Below, in pieces: positions 20,596 through 33,161 of a stretch of DNA of 64,000 bases. Origin of the DNA: an uncultured Chloroflexia bacterium (GTDB taxonomy: Bacteria > Chloroflexota > Chloroflexia > Thermomicrobiales > UBA6265). The DNA lies in NCBI GenBank assembly GCA_963751075.1, contig CAVVTE010000003.1:12510-76509 (forward strand), read 5' to 3'. The notes beneath the pieces were generated by a model. The model made no database searches. It was not told the DNA's origin and worked only from the letters and a program-made list of their open reading frames with translations. The position numbers were made by a program, and so were the translations under genes. Each line of letters opens with the position of its first letter. The stretch's first letter is position 1.

Positions 20596-20985
20596 ATGGA
20601 CGGCCAGGGTTTTGATGCCATTTCACGAAGGGTTGGCGCGTCGGCTTCGCGGCGTGGGATGTTACGTACCGCGGTCGCGGTGGTGGCTGGCGCTTTGCTC
20701 GTTCCCGCTCCACCTGAGGCGGCCGCGAGGCGCACCGCCTGTGCGTTCCGCTGCGGCGGCGAGCGCCTGCAATGCCGTCAGGAGTGCCGCAAACTCGGCT
20801 CGGCGGAACGCCACTGCAAGCGCGCTTGCGAGATCCTGCGCGACCAGTGTCACGGCCGCTGCGGATTCACGGTACGCAAGAGCAAAGGCGTCATCGGCGA
20901 AGGCCAGGCGCAGAGGTTCGTGATGGGGCGAGAACGGCGAGGGGGAAGAGGCGGTCCGGCCGCGATCAGAGGGGGGCGGCCGTAG
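20596..20985 (+). CDS. Small Tat-exported cysteine-rich protein
   Basis: GGAGG SD; MDGQGFDAISR..SRRGML signal and hydrophobic helix; four CX3C motifs. Confidence 0.7.
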   Translation: MDGQGFDAISRRVGASASRRGMLRTAVAVVAGALLVPAPPEAAARRTACAFRCGGERLQCRQECRKLGSAERHCKRACEILRDQCHGRCGFTVRKSKGVIGEGQAQRFVMGRERRGGRGGPAAIRGGRP

Positions 20986-21131
20986 GACGTGAGGCGGGAG
21001 GCGGAAGGCGGGAGTGAGACGGCAAGATGGCAACGAGATAAGCCGAGGATGACGTGCGCCATCGCACCTAGACGTCTACTGTCGTGCTTCTAAATCTTCC
21101 GACTTCCGAATCCCGACAGGAGGGAGGCAAC

Positions 21132-22181
<1,050 letters not shown>

Positions 22182-22218
22182 ATTGATGGCCATGGAGCAA
22201 TCGCTTGCCTCCGCAGGT

Positions 22219-22362
22219 CTGTAGGGGCGATGCCTGCATCGCCCGAGTGCGCCCAACCGGGACGATCATTCGCGAACCAATCGGGGCGAGACACGCGATC
22301 AGGCCCTAAACGCGGTTGATTCTGGAACGCGGGCGACGCGCTTGCAGGCGACGCCCCTACAG
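22219..22362. repeat. GTAG-type REP pair in inverted orientation (REPIN-like)
   Basis: CTGTAGGGGCGATGCCTGCATCGCCC ... GGGCGACG..GGCGACGCCCCTACAG; other copies at 24965-24987 and 58688-58711. Confidence 0.75.
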
Positions 22363-22391
22363 CGTGCATGTTAAGGAAAGGAGCGGTTCCG

Positions 22392-23540
22392 GTGGCGACG
22401 AAGCGACCCCTCAACATCGGTCTGGTCGGGTGCGGGTTCATGGGGCGTACCCACTCCAATGCCTGGGGCAAAGTCAACCAGTTTTTCGATCTGGAGTATC
22501 AGCCGGTGCTGCAAGCGGTCTGCGCCCGAAACCCTGAAGAAGTGCAAGGGTTCGCTGACCAGTGGGGATACTCCTCGACCGAAACCGACTGGCGGGCGCT
22601 GGTCGCCCGTGACGACATCGACCTGATCGATATCGCCAGCCCGAATGACACCCACGCCGAGATCGCCGTCGCGGCGGCGGCGGCCGGCAAGATGGTCACC
22701 ACCGAGAAACCGCTGGCGCGCGGCGGCGCGGAGTCGGAGCGGATGGTGGAGGCGGTGGAGGCGGCAGATGTCCCGAACATGGTCTGGTACAACTATCGCC
22801 GCGTGCCGGCGGTGACCCTGGCCAAGCAACTCGTCGACGAGGGGCGGCTGGGGAAGATCTTCCACTACCGCGCCAAGTTCCTGCAGGACTGGACGATCTC
22901 GAAAGATCTGCCCCAGGGCGGAGCGGCGCTCTGGCGGCTCGACGTGAACGTGGCCGGCAGCGGCGTCACCGGCGACCTGCTGGCGCACTGCATCGACACT
23001 GCGCTCTGGCTCAACGGCGGCATCGACCGCGTCTCGGCCATGACCGAGACCTTCGTCAAGGAGCGCCACCACACCCTCACTGGCAAGACCGAGCCGGTCG
23101 GCATCGACGATGCCAGCGCCTTCCTGGCCCGTTTCGAGAATGGCTCGCTGGGCACGTTCGAGGCGACCCGCTATGCGCGGGGGCACAAGGCGCTCTACAC
23201 CCTGGAGATCAACGGCGAGCACGCCTCGATCATGTGGGACCTGCACGATCTGCACCGGCTGTCGTATTTCGACCACGGCGACGAGGGCCGGGTGCGCGGC
23301 TGGCGCTCGATCCACATCACCGACAGCGACCATCCCTACATGGCGCACTGGTGGGTGCCGGGGTTGCAGATCGGGTACGAGCACTCCTTCGTCCACCAGG
23401 CAGCCGATTTCCTGACCGGTCTGGCCTCCGGCGAGCCAGTCTCCCCGACCTTCCGCGAGGCGCTGGCAACCGATTACGTCACCGACGCGGTACTGAAATC
23501 GGCGCAGTCAGAGAAGTGGGAGACGGTGAAACGAGCGTAA
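22392..23540 (+). CDS. Gfo/Idh/MocA family oxidoreductase
   Basis: [37 protein letters not shown]. Confidence 0.92.
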   Translation: MATKRPLNIGLVGCGFMGRTHSNAWGKVNQFFDLEYQPVLQAVCARNPEEVQGFADQWGYSSTETDWRALVARDDIDLIDIASPNDTHAEIAVAAAAAGKMVTTEKPLARGGAESERMVEAVEAADVPNMVWYNYRRVPAVTLAKQLVDEGRLGKIFHYRAKFLQDWTISKDLPQGGAALWRLDVNVAGSGVTGDLLAHCIDTALWLNGGIDRVSAMTETFVKERHHTLTGKTEPVGIDDASAFLARFENGSLGTFEATRYARGHKALYTLEINGEHASIMWDLHDLHRLSYFDHGDEGRVRGWRSIHITDSDHPYMAHWWVPGLQIGYEHSFVHQAADFLTGLASGEPVSPTFREALATDYVTDAVLKSAQSEKWETVKRA

Positions 23541-23592
23541 GGGGGAGCCGACTTCGCCTCAGGGGGTGCCAGCCGCTATGCGGCTCCCCCTT
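23541..23592. repeat. Palindromic repeat AGGGGG..CCAGCCGCTATGCGGCT, also at 27524-27574
   Basis: Shared core directly after stop codons at both sites; the 27524 copy also carries GTCGCTGCGCTCAGGG as in the truB arm. Confidence 0.7.
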
Positions 23593-23598
23593 ACACCC

Positions 23599-24258
23599 TC
23601 ATACCGTCACCCCGTCCCCCGGTTCGGCGAGTTTGTGAAACGTGATGTCCATCGCCGAAAAGACTCGGGCGTAGTTGGCGTAGCGCAATTGCACGAAGAA
23701 GTCCTTGGCGTAGCCGTCGTGGACCGGGATGATCTGCCGTGGCCGCATCCGACGCGCGAAATCGACCGCGCCAACCTCAGTCAGGAATGGCGCCATCACC
23801 GGCATCACCAGGGTCTCAACACCGGAGAAGGCGAGGAGTGGATCCTGGAAGGAATCGCCGGCATTCAGCACCCGCTCGTTGATCAGGAACGCCGTGTGAC
23901 GGGGAAGGGTGTCGGCCAGGATGGCTTCGTGCCCGGTCGGGATGGCGCGTAACGTGAACGCGCCCGCAGTGTGCGTGCCCTCCTCGATCATGGTGGCGTC
24001 GATCCCCTCGTCACGCAGTTGCGCGGCAACCTCCCCGTTGGTCACTACGTCCGCACCACTCAGTGCCAGGATCCGCTTGAGCGGCTCGAGGTCGAGGTGG
24101 TCGGGGTGGTTGTGAGTGATGACCACGGTCGAGACGTCGCGGAACGTCTCCGGAGTGACCCGCCCCTCGATAAAGGAATAGTTCCCGGGGTCGAAGAGGA
24201 GCTTTTCGCCCTCGTGCTCGAACAGCAGGCATGAATGGATGTACTTGGTGATCCGCAC
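23599..24258 (-). CDS. MBL-fold metallo-hydrolase
   Basis: HSCLL, FDPG, ITHNHPDH, GDS, PVHDG. Confidence 0.88.
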   Translation of the reverse strand: MRITKYIHSCLLFEHEGEKLLFDPGNYSFIEGRVTPETFRDVSTVVITHNHPDHLDLEPLKRILALSGADVVTNGEVAAQLRDEGIDATMIEEGTHTAGAFTLRAIPTGHEAILADTLPRHTAFLINERVLNAGDSFQDPLLAFSGVETLVMPVMAPFLTEVGAVDFARRMRPRQIIPVHDGYAKDFFVQLRYANYARVFSAMDITFHKLAEPGDGVTV

Positions 24259-24380
24259 CTGACTGCCTCCTGACGTACCGACGCCCGCTCATAGTTGAGT
24301 GCCAGAAGCCTCTTCATCTGACCTCTTCTGGTGGTCGAGGTCGTCTCAACTGTAGTCGACGCTGTTGGCGCGATCGTGTA

Positions 24381-24862
24381 TTACCCTCCAACCCCTCTTT
24401 CATATGCCTCTCGCACCTGAGCCGCGATCTCGTCGAGCTCCGTCTCGTGACGGCGTGTTCGACCAATCCGCATCGATGCGGAACGTGTCCCCGGCGAACC
24501 TGGGGAAGACGTGCAGATGGGTGTGAAAGACCTCCTGAAAGGCGGCTTCGCCGTCGGCCAGGAAGAGGTTGATGCCCTCGCAACGAAGCCCGGAGGCACG
24601 GAGCGCTCGGGCGAGCCGCATGGCGACGGTGAACATCTGTCCCCCAGTGGCCTCATCGAGATCGGCCAGGTACGCAGCGTGCCGCTTGGGGATCACCAGC
24701 AAATGACCGGGTGTGACCGGCCCGATATCCATGAAGGCAAGCAGATCCGCATCGTCATAGACGATGCTCGCCGGGGCCCTGCCGGCCACGATCGCGCAGA
24801 AGATGCAGTCAGTCGCGGGTGAGTCCGGATCTCGGCAGACGAGGAGAAGCGTCCTCCCCCAC
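24381..24862 (-). CDS. HIT family protein (indels at both ends)
   Basis: DCIFCAIV, AFMDI.PV.PGHLLVIPKRH, FQEVFHTHLHVFPR. Confidence 0.88.
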
Positions 24863-25036
24863 AGTCGTTGCTACCTCACTGCTGAGCCGGTGACGGTGTG
24901 GTCATAAAGGGGGAAGCCACGAAAGGGATCAACTCGGGCCCAGCATATCGGCGGATCAGCCCTTGGCGACGCGGACGTCGCCCCTACTGGCCATCTCGCC
25001 GTCTGCTGTCTCGACTCCTCGACCTCTCGCCTCGCC

Positions 25037-25339
25037 CTACTTCTTCCGCGGTGCGCCCTTGGCCGGGGCGGCGTCGGGCGGCACCCAGCCCTCGGGCAGG
25101 CGCGCCTCCTCGCCGAAGAAGAACTCCTCCATCTGCTCGCGCAGAATACGGCGGGTGTCGGGATCGGCGGGGTTGAGCCCGTAATGGTTGATGAGGATCG
25201 TCATGTGCGGCTGCCAGAGGGCGTAGGCCTCGGCGGAGATATTGTCGTAGATGCGCTGGCCGAGCTCGCCGGGGAAGGGCGGCTTCTCCAGCCCGGGCAA
25301 CTCGCGGCCGATCTTTGCGCATTGCACCATTCGCGCCAT
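25037..25339 (-). CDS. yggX: Fe(II)-trafficking / oxidative damage protection protein
   Basis: [38 protein letters not shown]. Confidence 0.9.
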   Translation of the reverse strand: MARMVQCAKIGRELPGLEKPPFPGELGQRIYDNISAEAYALWQPHMTILINHYGLNPADPDTRRILREQMEEFFFGEEARLPEGWVPPDAAPAKGAPRKK

Positions 25340-25551
25340 CTTCGCTCTCCGGGGGTCTCGGGTCACGGCGCGGTGGATCAATTCTGCCGCGCATCCTGCT
25401 CTTGCACCCGGGAACCGTAGGGGAGCGAACAGAGCGCGTCAACTTTTCTCGGTCCAGATCCCCGGCTATCCTCTCGGAACCCGCCCTTTCGCTTGCATGT
25501 GCACTCGCACTTGCAGCGTGCGTGCCTGTTGCGTACTCCAGGATTCCGGCC

Positions 25552-26425
25552 ATGACCCCGATCTCGCGCGTCCTCTTCCTCGGCCAGTCGTGCGCCGCGG
25601 CGATGCCTCCGCTGACAGCGCTGATCGACGCCGGGATCGAGATTTCCGCGGTCATCCTCGCGCGCCAGCCCGGGGCGCGGCTGGGTGAGATCCAACGCTT
25701 CGCCACCGGGAAGGGAATCCCGGTTGTCTGGGTGAAATCCGCCGCCGAGGCCACCGATGCGATGCGGACAATCGCGCCGGAGGTGGCCGTCGCGGCCTGC
25801 TTCCCCTGGCGGCTGCCGCGCGCCGCGCGCGACATCCCGCCCCTTGGCATTCTCAATGTCCACCCCTCGCTCCTGCCGGCGGGCCGGGGGCCGGAGCCGG
25901 TGTTCTGGACGCTGCGGCGGGGAGAGCCGGTGACCGGGGTGACCGTCCATCGCATGGACGCTGGGTTCGACACCGGGCCGATCGTGGCCCAGACGGAGAT
26001 GGCGATCCCGGACGGCATCCGCGCACCCGCTCTCGAACAGGATCTGATGACGCGCGGCGGCAGTCTGCTGGTGGACGCGTTACCGGCGCTGGCGGCAGGT
26101 ACGCTCCAGCCCTGGCCCCAACCATCGCGAGGGAGTCACGTATGCGCCGGTACCGGCCGCGGCCGATTGGACGATGATGACCTCGCTGCCGGCGGCGTGG
26201 GCCTGGCGCTTCGCACGAGGTGTCGCTCCGCTCGGTGGGCCGCTGACCGCGATCGCCAGCGGCGCGGCGATCCGGGTCGTCGACGCGCTCGACTGGTCGC
26301 CGCACGAGCGCCTCCCGGAGCGGGTGGTGGACGACGGCGATGGGACGGTGCGAGTGCGCTTTTCGCCGGGCTGGGTGCGCTTCCGGCGGGCCGCGGCGAC
26401 AACAGAGGCTATGCCTTGCCGATAA
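25552..26425 (+). CDS. Formyltransferase (methionyl-tRNA formyltransferase-like; frameshift ~26130)
   Basis: LNVHPSLLP..RGPEP, TGVTVHRMD.GFDTGPI. Confidence 0.8.
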
Positions 26426-26517
26426 CCGCAACAGGGTGAAAGCATCAACCTGCGGATACGCCCCGAAGTGGTCAGCGCCAAGTATTGCGATCGAACACAG
26501 AATTCAGGAGACCGACC

Positions 26518-27525
26518 ATGACCCTCCGCTTCGACACGTCGTTCTGTCGCCTGGTCGGTATCGACCTGCCGATCGTGCAAGCGCCGATCGGCGGCATCAC
26601 GACGCCGGCGCTCGCGGCTGCGGTCAGCGAGGCCGGGGGGCTCGGCATGCTCTCCATCACCTGGCGCGATGCGGACGCACTGCGAATCCTCCTGCGCGAG
26701 ACCAGCGCCCTGACGGCCAAACCGTTCGCCGTCAATCTGGTGCTGGAGTGGGATCCCGCCGAGCGGTTGGCGATCGCGCTGGAGGAGGGGGTGCGCATCG
26801 TCTCGTTTTTCTGGGGCGATCCCGCGCCGTGGGTCGATCAAATTCATGCCGCCGGCGGGATCGTGTTGCACACGGTCGCTAGTGCGGAAGAAGCGCGCCG
26901 CGTGGCCGATGCAGGCGTCGACGCCGTCGTGGCCCAGGGCTGGGAAGCGGGTGGCCACGTCTGGGGCGAGGTCTCGACCCTGGCGCTCGTCCCACGTGTG
27001 GTCGATGCGGTCACTCCGCTGCCGGTCGTAGCCGCCGGAGGTATCGCGGACGGCCGCGGACTCGCCGCCGTGCTCGCGCTCGGCGCCGGCGCCGCCTGGA
27101 TGGGCACGCGCTTCCTGCTCGCGGCGGAAGCGGCGACGCATCCCGTCTATCGGGAGGCAGTGATCGCCGCCGGCGAGACTGCAACACCTCACAGCACGCT
27201 CTTCGACGTCGGCTGGCCAAACGCGCCGCTGCGCGCACTCCGTAACGCCACCTGGGAGGCATGGCGTGCCGCCGGCGAGCCGCCGGTCGGCGCCCGTCCC
27301 GGCGAAGGCGAGATCGTGGCCACCGGGGAGGACGGCCGCGCCATCGCGCGTTACAGCAACGACGCCCCGGTGGTCGGCGCCTCCGGCGACGTCGCGGCGA
27401 TGGCCCTCTACGCCGGTCAGGGAGTGGGCCTGGTCCAGCGCATCCAGCCCGCCGGAGAGATCGTGCGCGAGGTGGCCGAGGAAGCTGCCCGGGTGCTTGC
27501 GGCGACGAGGGAGGCGCTTCGCTGA
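26518..27525 (+). CDS. Nitronate monooxygenase (NMO/FabK-like)
   Basis: PIVQAP.GG, VAQGWEAGGH, AAGGIADGRG, MGTRF, YAGQGVG. Confidence 0.92.
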   Translation: MTLRFDTSFCRLVGIDLPIVQAPIGGITTPALAAAVSEAGGLGMLSITWRDADALRILLRETSALTAKPFAVNLVLEWDPAERLAIALEEGVRIVSFFWGDPAPWVDQIHAAGGIVLHTVASAEEARRVADAGVDAVVAQGWEAGGHVWGEVSTLALVPRVVDAVTPLPVVAAGGIADGRGLAAVLALGAGAAWMGTRFLLAAEAATHPVYREAVIAAGETATPHSTLFDVGWPNAPLRALRNATWEAWRAAGEPPVGARPGEGEIVATGEDGRAIARYSNDAPVVGASGDVAAMALYAGQGVGLVQRIQPAGEIVREVAEEAARVLAATREALR

Positions 27526-27715
27526 GGGGGTACCAGCCGCTATGCGGCTTCAGGGGGTGTCGCTGCGCTCAGGGAGTGAAGGGGGAGAGGACGAGAGGGG
27601 TTAGTCAGATCGGGACAAAAAGCCCCCTTCACCTGTCTCCGACGGGCCGGGTACCCGCGTAGCGGGTGGCGGGTTGGGGGATGAGGGCAAACGCCGCCTC
27701 ACCTATCATGCCCCG

Positions 27716-28273
27716 ATGGATACCGCCTCGAGCGTCTGGCAGGGAAAGCGCGTGCGGCTGCGGGCGATGGAGCCTTCCGACTGGGAGGTCTACTTCGCCT
27801 GGAACCAGGACGACGACCAGGCCCGAGCAGTCTCCAGCATTCCATTCCCGCAGTCGATGGAGGCAGTTCGGCAGTGGGCGCAGCAGGAGGCGACGCGCAA
27901 ACCGGAGGGTGACGCCTTCCGCTTCGTGATCGAGAACGAGATGGGTGAGGTGGTTGGCGATCTCACCACCCACCACTGCGAGCCTCGTGCCGGTACCTTT
28001 TCGTACGGCATCACCATCCGCCACGAGCACCGTCGTAACGGCTACGCGGCCGAGGCGATCTCCCTGGTCCTCCGCTATTACTTCCGCGAGTTGCGCTACC
28101 AGAAGGCGACGGTGAGCGTGTTTAGCTTCAACGAGGCCTCCGTCCGGCTCCATGAGTCACTGGGCTTCCAATTAGAAGGACGCATGAGACGAACCGTCTT
28201 CACTGACGGCGAGCTGTTCGACGAGCTCATTTATGGTTTGACGGTCGAGGAGTTCAGCCAGGGTGATGAATGA
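27716..28273 (+). CDS. GNAT acetyltransferase (RimJ/RimL-like)
   Basis: VRLRAMEPSD, RRNGYA.EAI, NEAS.RLHESLGF.LEG. Confidence 0.88.
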   Translation: MDTASSVWQGKRVRLRAMEPSDWEVYFAWNQDDDQARAVSSIPFPQSMEAVRQWAQQEATRKPEGDAFRFVIENEMGEVVGDLTTHHCEPRAGTFSYGITIRHEHRRNGYAAEAISLVLRYYFRELRYQKATVSVFSFNEASVRLHESLGFQLEGRMRRTVFTDGELFDELIYGLTVEEFSQGDE

Positions 28274-28570
28274 CCGATGAGGGGGTGCGGGTCACTGCTC
28301 ACCCATCACGCCTACTCCCGGCTCTCAACCCCAACTCGTCCGTGAGACGCTGAAGGAGCAACCTCACGCACCGGGCAGAGGGGCAGCTCATAGATGCCTC
28401 CCGGCAGGACATTTCTCCGCCACAACTCAAAGCACCTGCAGCGGCCACGACACCTGGGTACGGTGGCATGGACTATGCGGCGGCCAGGCAAAGACCGTCG
28501 GCGTGGTCCGAGATCAATGCAGTCGGCCCCGCGGGACGCGCGGAAGATGCTGTGCACGAGGAGGTGCGTC

Positions 28571-30595
28571 ATGACGAGCGGCCGGAACGAGGAGTTCTAC
28601 GAAGGCGATCGCGACCAGGTTCTGTCCACAGCCGGCGTCGGCGAGACCATGCAAGAGGTGTTGGCGCGGCGTTGGAGTCGTCGTGGACTCATGAAGGGTG
28701 GCATCGCCGCGAGTTTGGTGCTCACCACCGTCGGCAAGCGTATCCCCCACGCGGGCGCTCAGACCGCCACACCCGTTGCCGGTGATCCCCTGCAGGTCGG
28801 AAGTTTGACCTTCACACCGATCGGTCTCGACGCCGGCGACCAGATCGTCGTCGCACCCGGCCACACCGCCATCCCCTTCCTGCGCTGGGGCGACCCGATC
28901 ATGGCTGGCGCGCCGGACTGGGACCTCAACAATCAGTCGGCCGCGGCACAGGAGCAGCAGTTCGGCTACAACTGTGACTGGATCGAGTTCTTTCCGCTAC
29001 CCCCGGGTTCGGACAGCTCTGACCACGGGCTGCTTGTCGTCAACCACGAGTACACCAACCCCGAGCTGATGTTCCCCGGCTATCTGACCAGGAACCCCGA
29101 ATTCGGTGCGGTGGCGACTCCCGACAACGCGCCGCCGGAGATCCCGGAATTCCTCACCAACCCGACCCAGGAGATCGTCGACGTCGAGCTAGCCGCCCAC
29201 GGCCTGAGCATCGTCGAGGTGCAACGCAACGACGCCGGAGAGTGGGAGTTCGTCCAGGACTCGAAGTACAACCGGCGCATCACCGGGACGACTCTTATGG
29301 AGGTAACCGGTCCCGCTGCGGGCATCGATCTGCTGCAGACGAGCGAGGACCCAACCGGCACGCAGGTGTTGGGCACGCTCAATAACTGCGCCGGGGGCAA
29401 GTCGCCGTGGGGAACGGCACTGACCGGTGAAGAGAACTTCCAGCAGTACTTCGCCAATCTGGCGGCCTTGGCGGAGGACGATCCGATTCGTATCGTGCAC
29501 GACCGCTACGGCGTGGGCGAGGCCGCTTCGGAGCGGCGTTGGGAGGAGTTTCACCCCCGCTTTGACCTCGCCCAGGAACCGAACGAACCCTTCCGCTTCG
29601 GCTGGGTGGTCGAGTTCGATCCGTACGATCCGACCTCGACCCCGAAGAAGCGGACCGGCTTGGGCCGCATGAAGCACGAGGGAGCCACGTCCGCCGTGGC
29701 GCCGGGTGGTCAGGTCGCGTTCTACACCGGCGACGACGAGCGCTTCGACTACGCCTACAAGTTCGTCACCAGCGGGACCTACAACCCGGACGATCGGGCG
29801 GCTAACGCGGATCTGCTCGCCGAGGGCACGCTCTACGTGGCGAAGTTCAATGACGACGGCACGGGCGAGTGGCTGCCGCTGGTCCACGGCGAGGGGCTAC
29901 TGACCGAAGCCTACGGTTTCGCCTCGCAAGGCGAGGTCCTGGCGAAAACACGCCTCGCCGCCGATGCGCTCGGCGCGACGAAGATGGACCGGCCGGAGGA
30001 CTTCGAGACCAACCCCGTTACCGGCAAGGTCTACCTGGTGTGTACCAACAACCACCTGCGAACGCTGGAGCAAGCCGATCTTGCCAACCCGCGGCCCCAG
30101 AACTTTGCCGGCCACATCATCGAGATCAGCGAGGACAACGGCGACCACGCCGCCACCACCTTCACCTGGGATATCTTCATCCTCGCTGGCAATCCTACGG
30201 ACAGCGGCACCTGGTACGGTGGCTATGTAGGCGACGTGAGCCCGTTCGCCGCGCCGGATAATCTGACCTTCGATAATGACGGCAATATCTGGATCGCGAC
30301 CGACGGTATGGCGAACAACCTCCCAGGCAATGACGGTCTCTTTGCCGCGCCGACCGAGGGTGTAGAGCGCGGCCACTCAATGCAGTTCTTCAGCACCGTT
30401 CCCGGTGCCGAATGCTGCGGTCCGGTCTTCAACCCGGACAATACGGCCCTCTGGGTTTCGGTCCAGCACCCGGGCGAGGAGGGGTCACTCGAGTCGCCGC
30501 GCAGCCTGTGGCCGGACGGCGCAGGAGCGCCGCGGCCATCGGTCGTCCTGATTACGGCAAACGATCAGTCAGCGCGCGTGGGGCGGCAGAGCTAG
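28571..30595 (+). CDS. phoX: PhoX-family alkaline phosphatase, Tat-exported
   Basis: SRRGLMK Tat motif; FGYNCD, VNHEYTN, NNCAGG..PWGT.LTGEEN, GRMKHEGA, MDRPED, PDN, VQHPGE. Confidence 0.93.
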   Translation: MTSGRNEEFYEGDRDQVLSTAGVGETMQEVLARRWSRRGLMKGGIAASLVLTTVGKRIPHAGAQTATPVAGDPLQVGSLTFTPIGLDAGDQIVVAPGHTAIPFLRWGDPIMAGAPDWDLNNQSAAAQEQQFGYNCDWIEFFPLPPGSDSSDHGLLVVNHEYTNPELMFPGYLTRNPEFGAVATPDNAPPEIPEFLTNPTQEIVDVELAAHGLSIVEVQRNDAGEWEFVQDSKYNRRITGTTLMEVTGPAAGIDLLQTSEDPTGTQVLGTLNNCAGGKSPWGTALTGEENFQQYFANLAALAEDDPIRIVHDRYGVGEAASERRWEEFHPRFDLAQEPNEPFRFGWVVEFDPYDPTSTPKKRTGLGRMKHEGATSAVAPGGQVAFYTGDDERFDYAYKFVTSGTYNPDDRAANADLLAEGTLYVAKFNDDGTGEWLPLVHGEGLLTEAYGFASQGEVLAKTRLAADALGATKMDRPEDFETNPVTGKVYLVCTNNHLRTLEQADLANPRPQNFAGHIIEISEDNGDHAATTFTWDIFILAGNPTDSGTWYGGYVGDVSPFAAPDNLTFDNDGNIWIATDGMANNLPGNDGLFAAPTEGVERGHSMQFFSTVPGAECCGPVFNPDNTALWVSVQHPGEEGSLESPRSLWPDGAGAPRPSVVLITANDQSARVGRQS

Positions 30596-30811
30596 GCAGC
30601 AGGCCGTCCCTTACGCGTGCTCGACGTCTCAGTTCCGCTAAGCGAAGCGTCGTCCCGCGATGTGCAGGACGACGCTTCTCCGTTGACCTCGTTCATCGAT
30701 TTGGAATGGAAGCGCGGCGATCAACATCCAGTAGCCGGCGAACGCGACCAGACTGGAAACTCACCGGAGCCCGAAGTTGCTTCGAGGTAGCGCAGCGAGT
30801 ACGAGTCCGTC

Positions 30812-31997
30812 TCACTCCACGATCAGCACGGCCATCCCCAGCGGCGCCCACTCGTACATCCAGTCGGCGACGTCCATCGGCAAGTTGATGCACCCGTGGC
30901 TCATCGGGGTGCCGAAATTCTCGTGCCAGTAGGTGCCGTGGATGGCGTGGCCGCGGTTCGTGAAATAGAGCACGTCCGGCACTTTTGGCACGTTATAGGA
31001 CTCGCCGCCGATCACACCGGCCATATCCTGCTCGGGCACTTTGGTGTTCACCGTGTAGAACCCGGCCGGGGTGCGAAACTTCGCCTTGCCGGTGCTGACA
31101 TACGTGCTGCGAATCACGACGCCGTTCTCGTACGCCCACAGCGCCTGCTGGCTGAGTGAGACGACGACCGCGCGGCCACCGCTTGGTGCCGGTGGCGCCG
31201 CATCCAGGGCCGGAATCGCTACCGGCGGCACGAAGAGCGACTCGTCATAGACGGGGATGTTCCCCTGAGGCTGGGGCGCTCTTGCGACGTCGTAGCGAGC
31301 GGCTAGCATCTCGCCAACCGGCGTCATCGTAATGTCTTCGCCCTCGCGCCAGCGGAGCTGACCCCGCTCGAAGACCTGGTAGCTGACGCCCTCCGCGATG
31401 TACTCCTCGCTCAGCGGATTGCCGAGATACGCCTGCCTCGCCGGTCGCCTCCCAGAACGCGCGGAACCCGCCCCAGACGCCGTGCCGGGTCTCCGGTACG
31501 AACCGGTACGACGGCTGCTCCACCGTCATCCGCGTGGCATCGTCCTCTGAGAGCGGTTGCCAGGCACGAGCGACGGTCAGCTCCTCGCGCGGGGCAGCGG
31601 TCGCGCGGGAGGAGAAGCGGCGCACCAGCAGCGGCGGCCCCAGCTCACGGCCGACCTCGCCGAGCGTGACGTAGTTGCCGTTCTCGTCACCCTCGGGCCA
31701 GTACTCGAAGCGGGCGTACTGGTAGTACTGGATGATTTGCCCCTCAGATTCGGTCATCTCCGGCGAGATCGGGTTGCCATACGACAACGCGCCGCCCCCA
31801 GTCCGCCACAGATCGAGGAAGAGCCCATCGATGGTCTGACCGGTTTCGGGAATGTAGACGGTGCTGGGCGGGGACCAGTTCGGATCGACGGGATAGGCGC
31901 CCGCCACGGGGGCTGTCACGGTGATGAGCAGGGCAACGATCCCGACCAGACGCCATAGGCGGAAGATGCCATTCGTCGGCAAACGCGATCGCGACAT
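30812..31997 (-). CDS. L,D-transpeptidase family protein (frameshift ~31430)
   Basis: Signal peptide, PETGQ/PETRH repeats, VSTG, AIHGTYWH..FGTPMSHGCIN. Confidence 0.9.
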
Positions 31998-32390
31998 GGA
32001 GCAGAGGTCCTCCCCGGTTCACCGTGGTCCAACGTGCCACAGATACGGAAACGACAGACGGTGCGGCTCTCAGCTTTGACGAGACGGCGAGATGCCTCCG
32101 ATGAGACGATACCGGCAAGTCTAATACGGACGATGGGCCATCGCGTCTCGCCTCATAGCGATAACGCAGAAGGGTGCGAATCGGGGTCCAGGCGCCGCCG
32201 AACCAGATCAGGCCGGCACGCGAGAGGAGCGCGACGTATACGGTGGCGTGGCGTGGAGAGCACAAGGCCCGGGCGTGATGAGACCTTATCGTCGCTCCGC
32301 CGTCGCCGGCGGTAGCGAAGATGCGATCATCCTCTCGCTGCGTGGCCATGCCCGTGACCTGCGCGATCAGTAGGACATCCAGCTCCTCAC

Positions 32391-33161
32391 TCACTGTACG
32401 GCACCACCGCCCATGGCGTTGGCACCGTCTGTACCGCTCGGAGTGTTGTCAACGCCTGGAGACTGGCCAGCCGCGGCAAGTTCGGAGACGGTCACTACCC
32501 GGTACCCACGGCGGCGCAGCGCCGGCAGGATGCGCTCGAGCACGGCGACCGTCCGGTCCTGGTCCACCGCGGCATCGTGGAGGATGATCACGCCGCCGGG
32601 GCGGACGTTGAGCAGGATGTGTCGCGCCGCGTACGGCGCCGAGATCGGCAGGAACTCCAACGCGTAGGCGGAGGCCATGGCACACCGGTAGCCATGCGCA
32701 TGGAGCTGGTCGAGCATGCGGCGCGTGAACCAGGTGTGGCCGGGACGGAACCAGCGCACCGGGCCGAAGGCCGCGAGCACCTCGTGTGTTTGCAGCAGCT
32801 GGCGTTCGAATTCGGCGGCGGGGAGGCGAGCGCTCGGCGCATCCGACATCATGTGGTTGCCCAGCTCGTGCCCTTCGCCGACCAGGCGGCGCACGACCTC
32901 CTCATTACCGACAACATGCTCACCGATCATGAAAAAAGTGGCATGGGCATCATGCGCGGCCAGGACATCCAGGATGCGCGGCGTCAACGTGGCGTGCGGG
33001 CTGTCGTCGAACGTCAGGGCCACGAGGGGCCCCGCGTTCTCGTGCTGGAACAGTACATCCGGGAATCGCCGGCTGAGCCAGCGAACCACTGGGCCGGGCC
33101 GGAGCAGGGCCGCGACGACGACGGAGACCAGGCCCAGCAGGTGCGCGACGCCCTTACGCAT
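32391..33161 (-). CDS. Polysaccharide deacetylase (NodB)
   Basis: VALTFDD.P, ATFF.IG, GHELGNH, FRP, GGVIILHD. Confidence 0.9.
   Translation of the reverse strand: MRKGVAHLLGLVSVVVAALLRPGPVVRWLSRRFPDVLFQHENAGPLVALTFDDSPHATLTPRILDVLAAHDAHATFFMIGEHVVGNEEVVRRLVGEGHELGNHMMSDAPSARLPAAEFERQLLQTHEVLAAFGPVRWFRPGHTWFTRRMLDQLHAHGYRCAMASAYALEFLPISAPYAARHILLNVRPGGVIILHDAAVDQDRTVAVLERILPALRRRGYRVVTVSELAAAGQSPGVDNTPSGTDGANAMGGGAVQ

Noticed and set aside
28394-28570. Long N-terminal extensions in the ORF track (phoX, nusA, WYL, NTase 60807, MOSC)
   Set aside because: Downstream starts have better SD sequences or match the family N-termini
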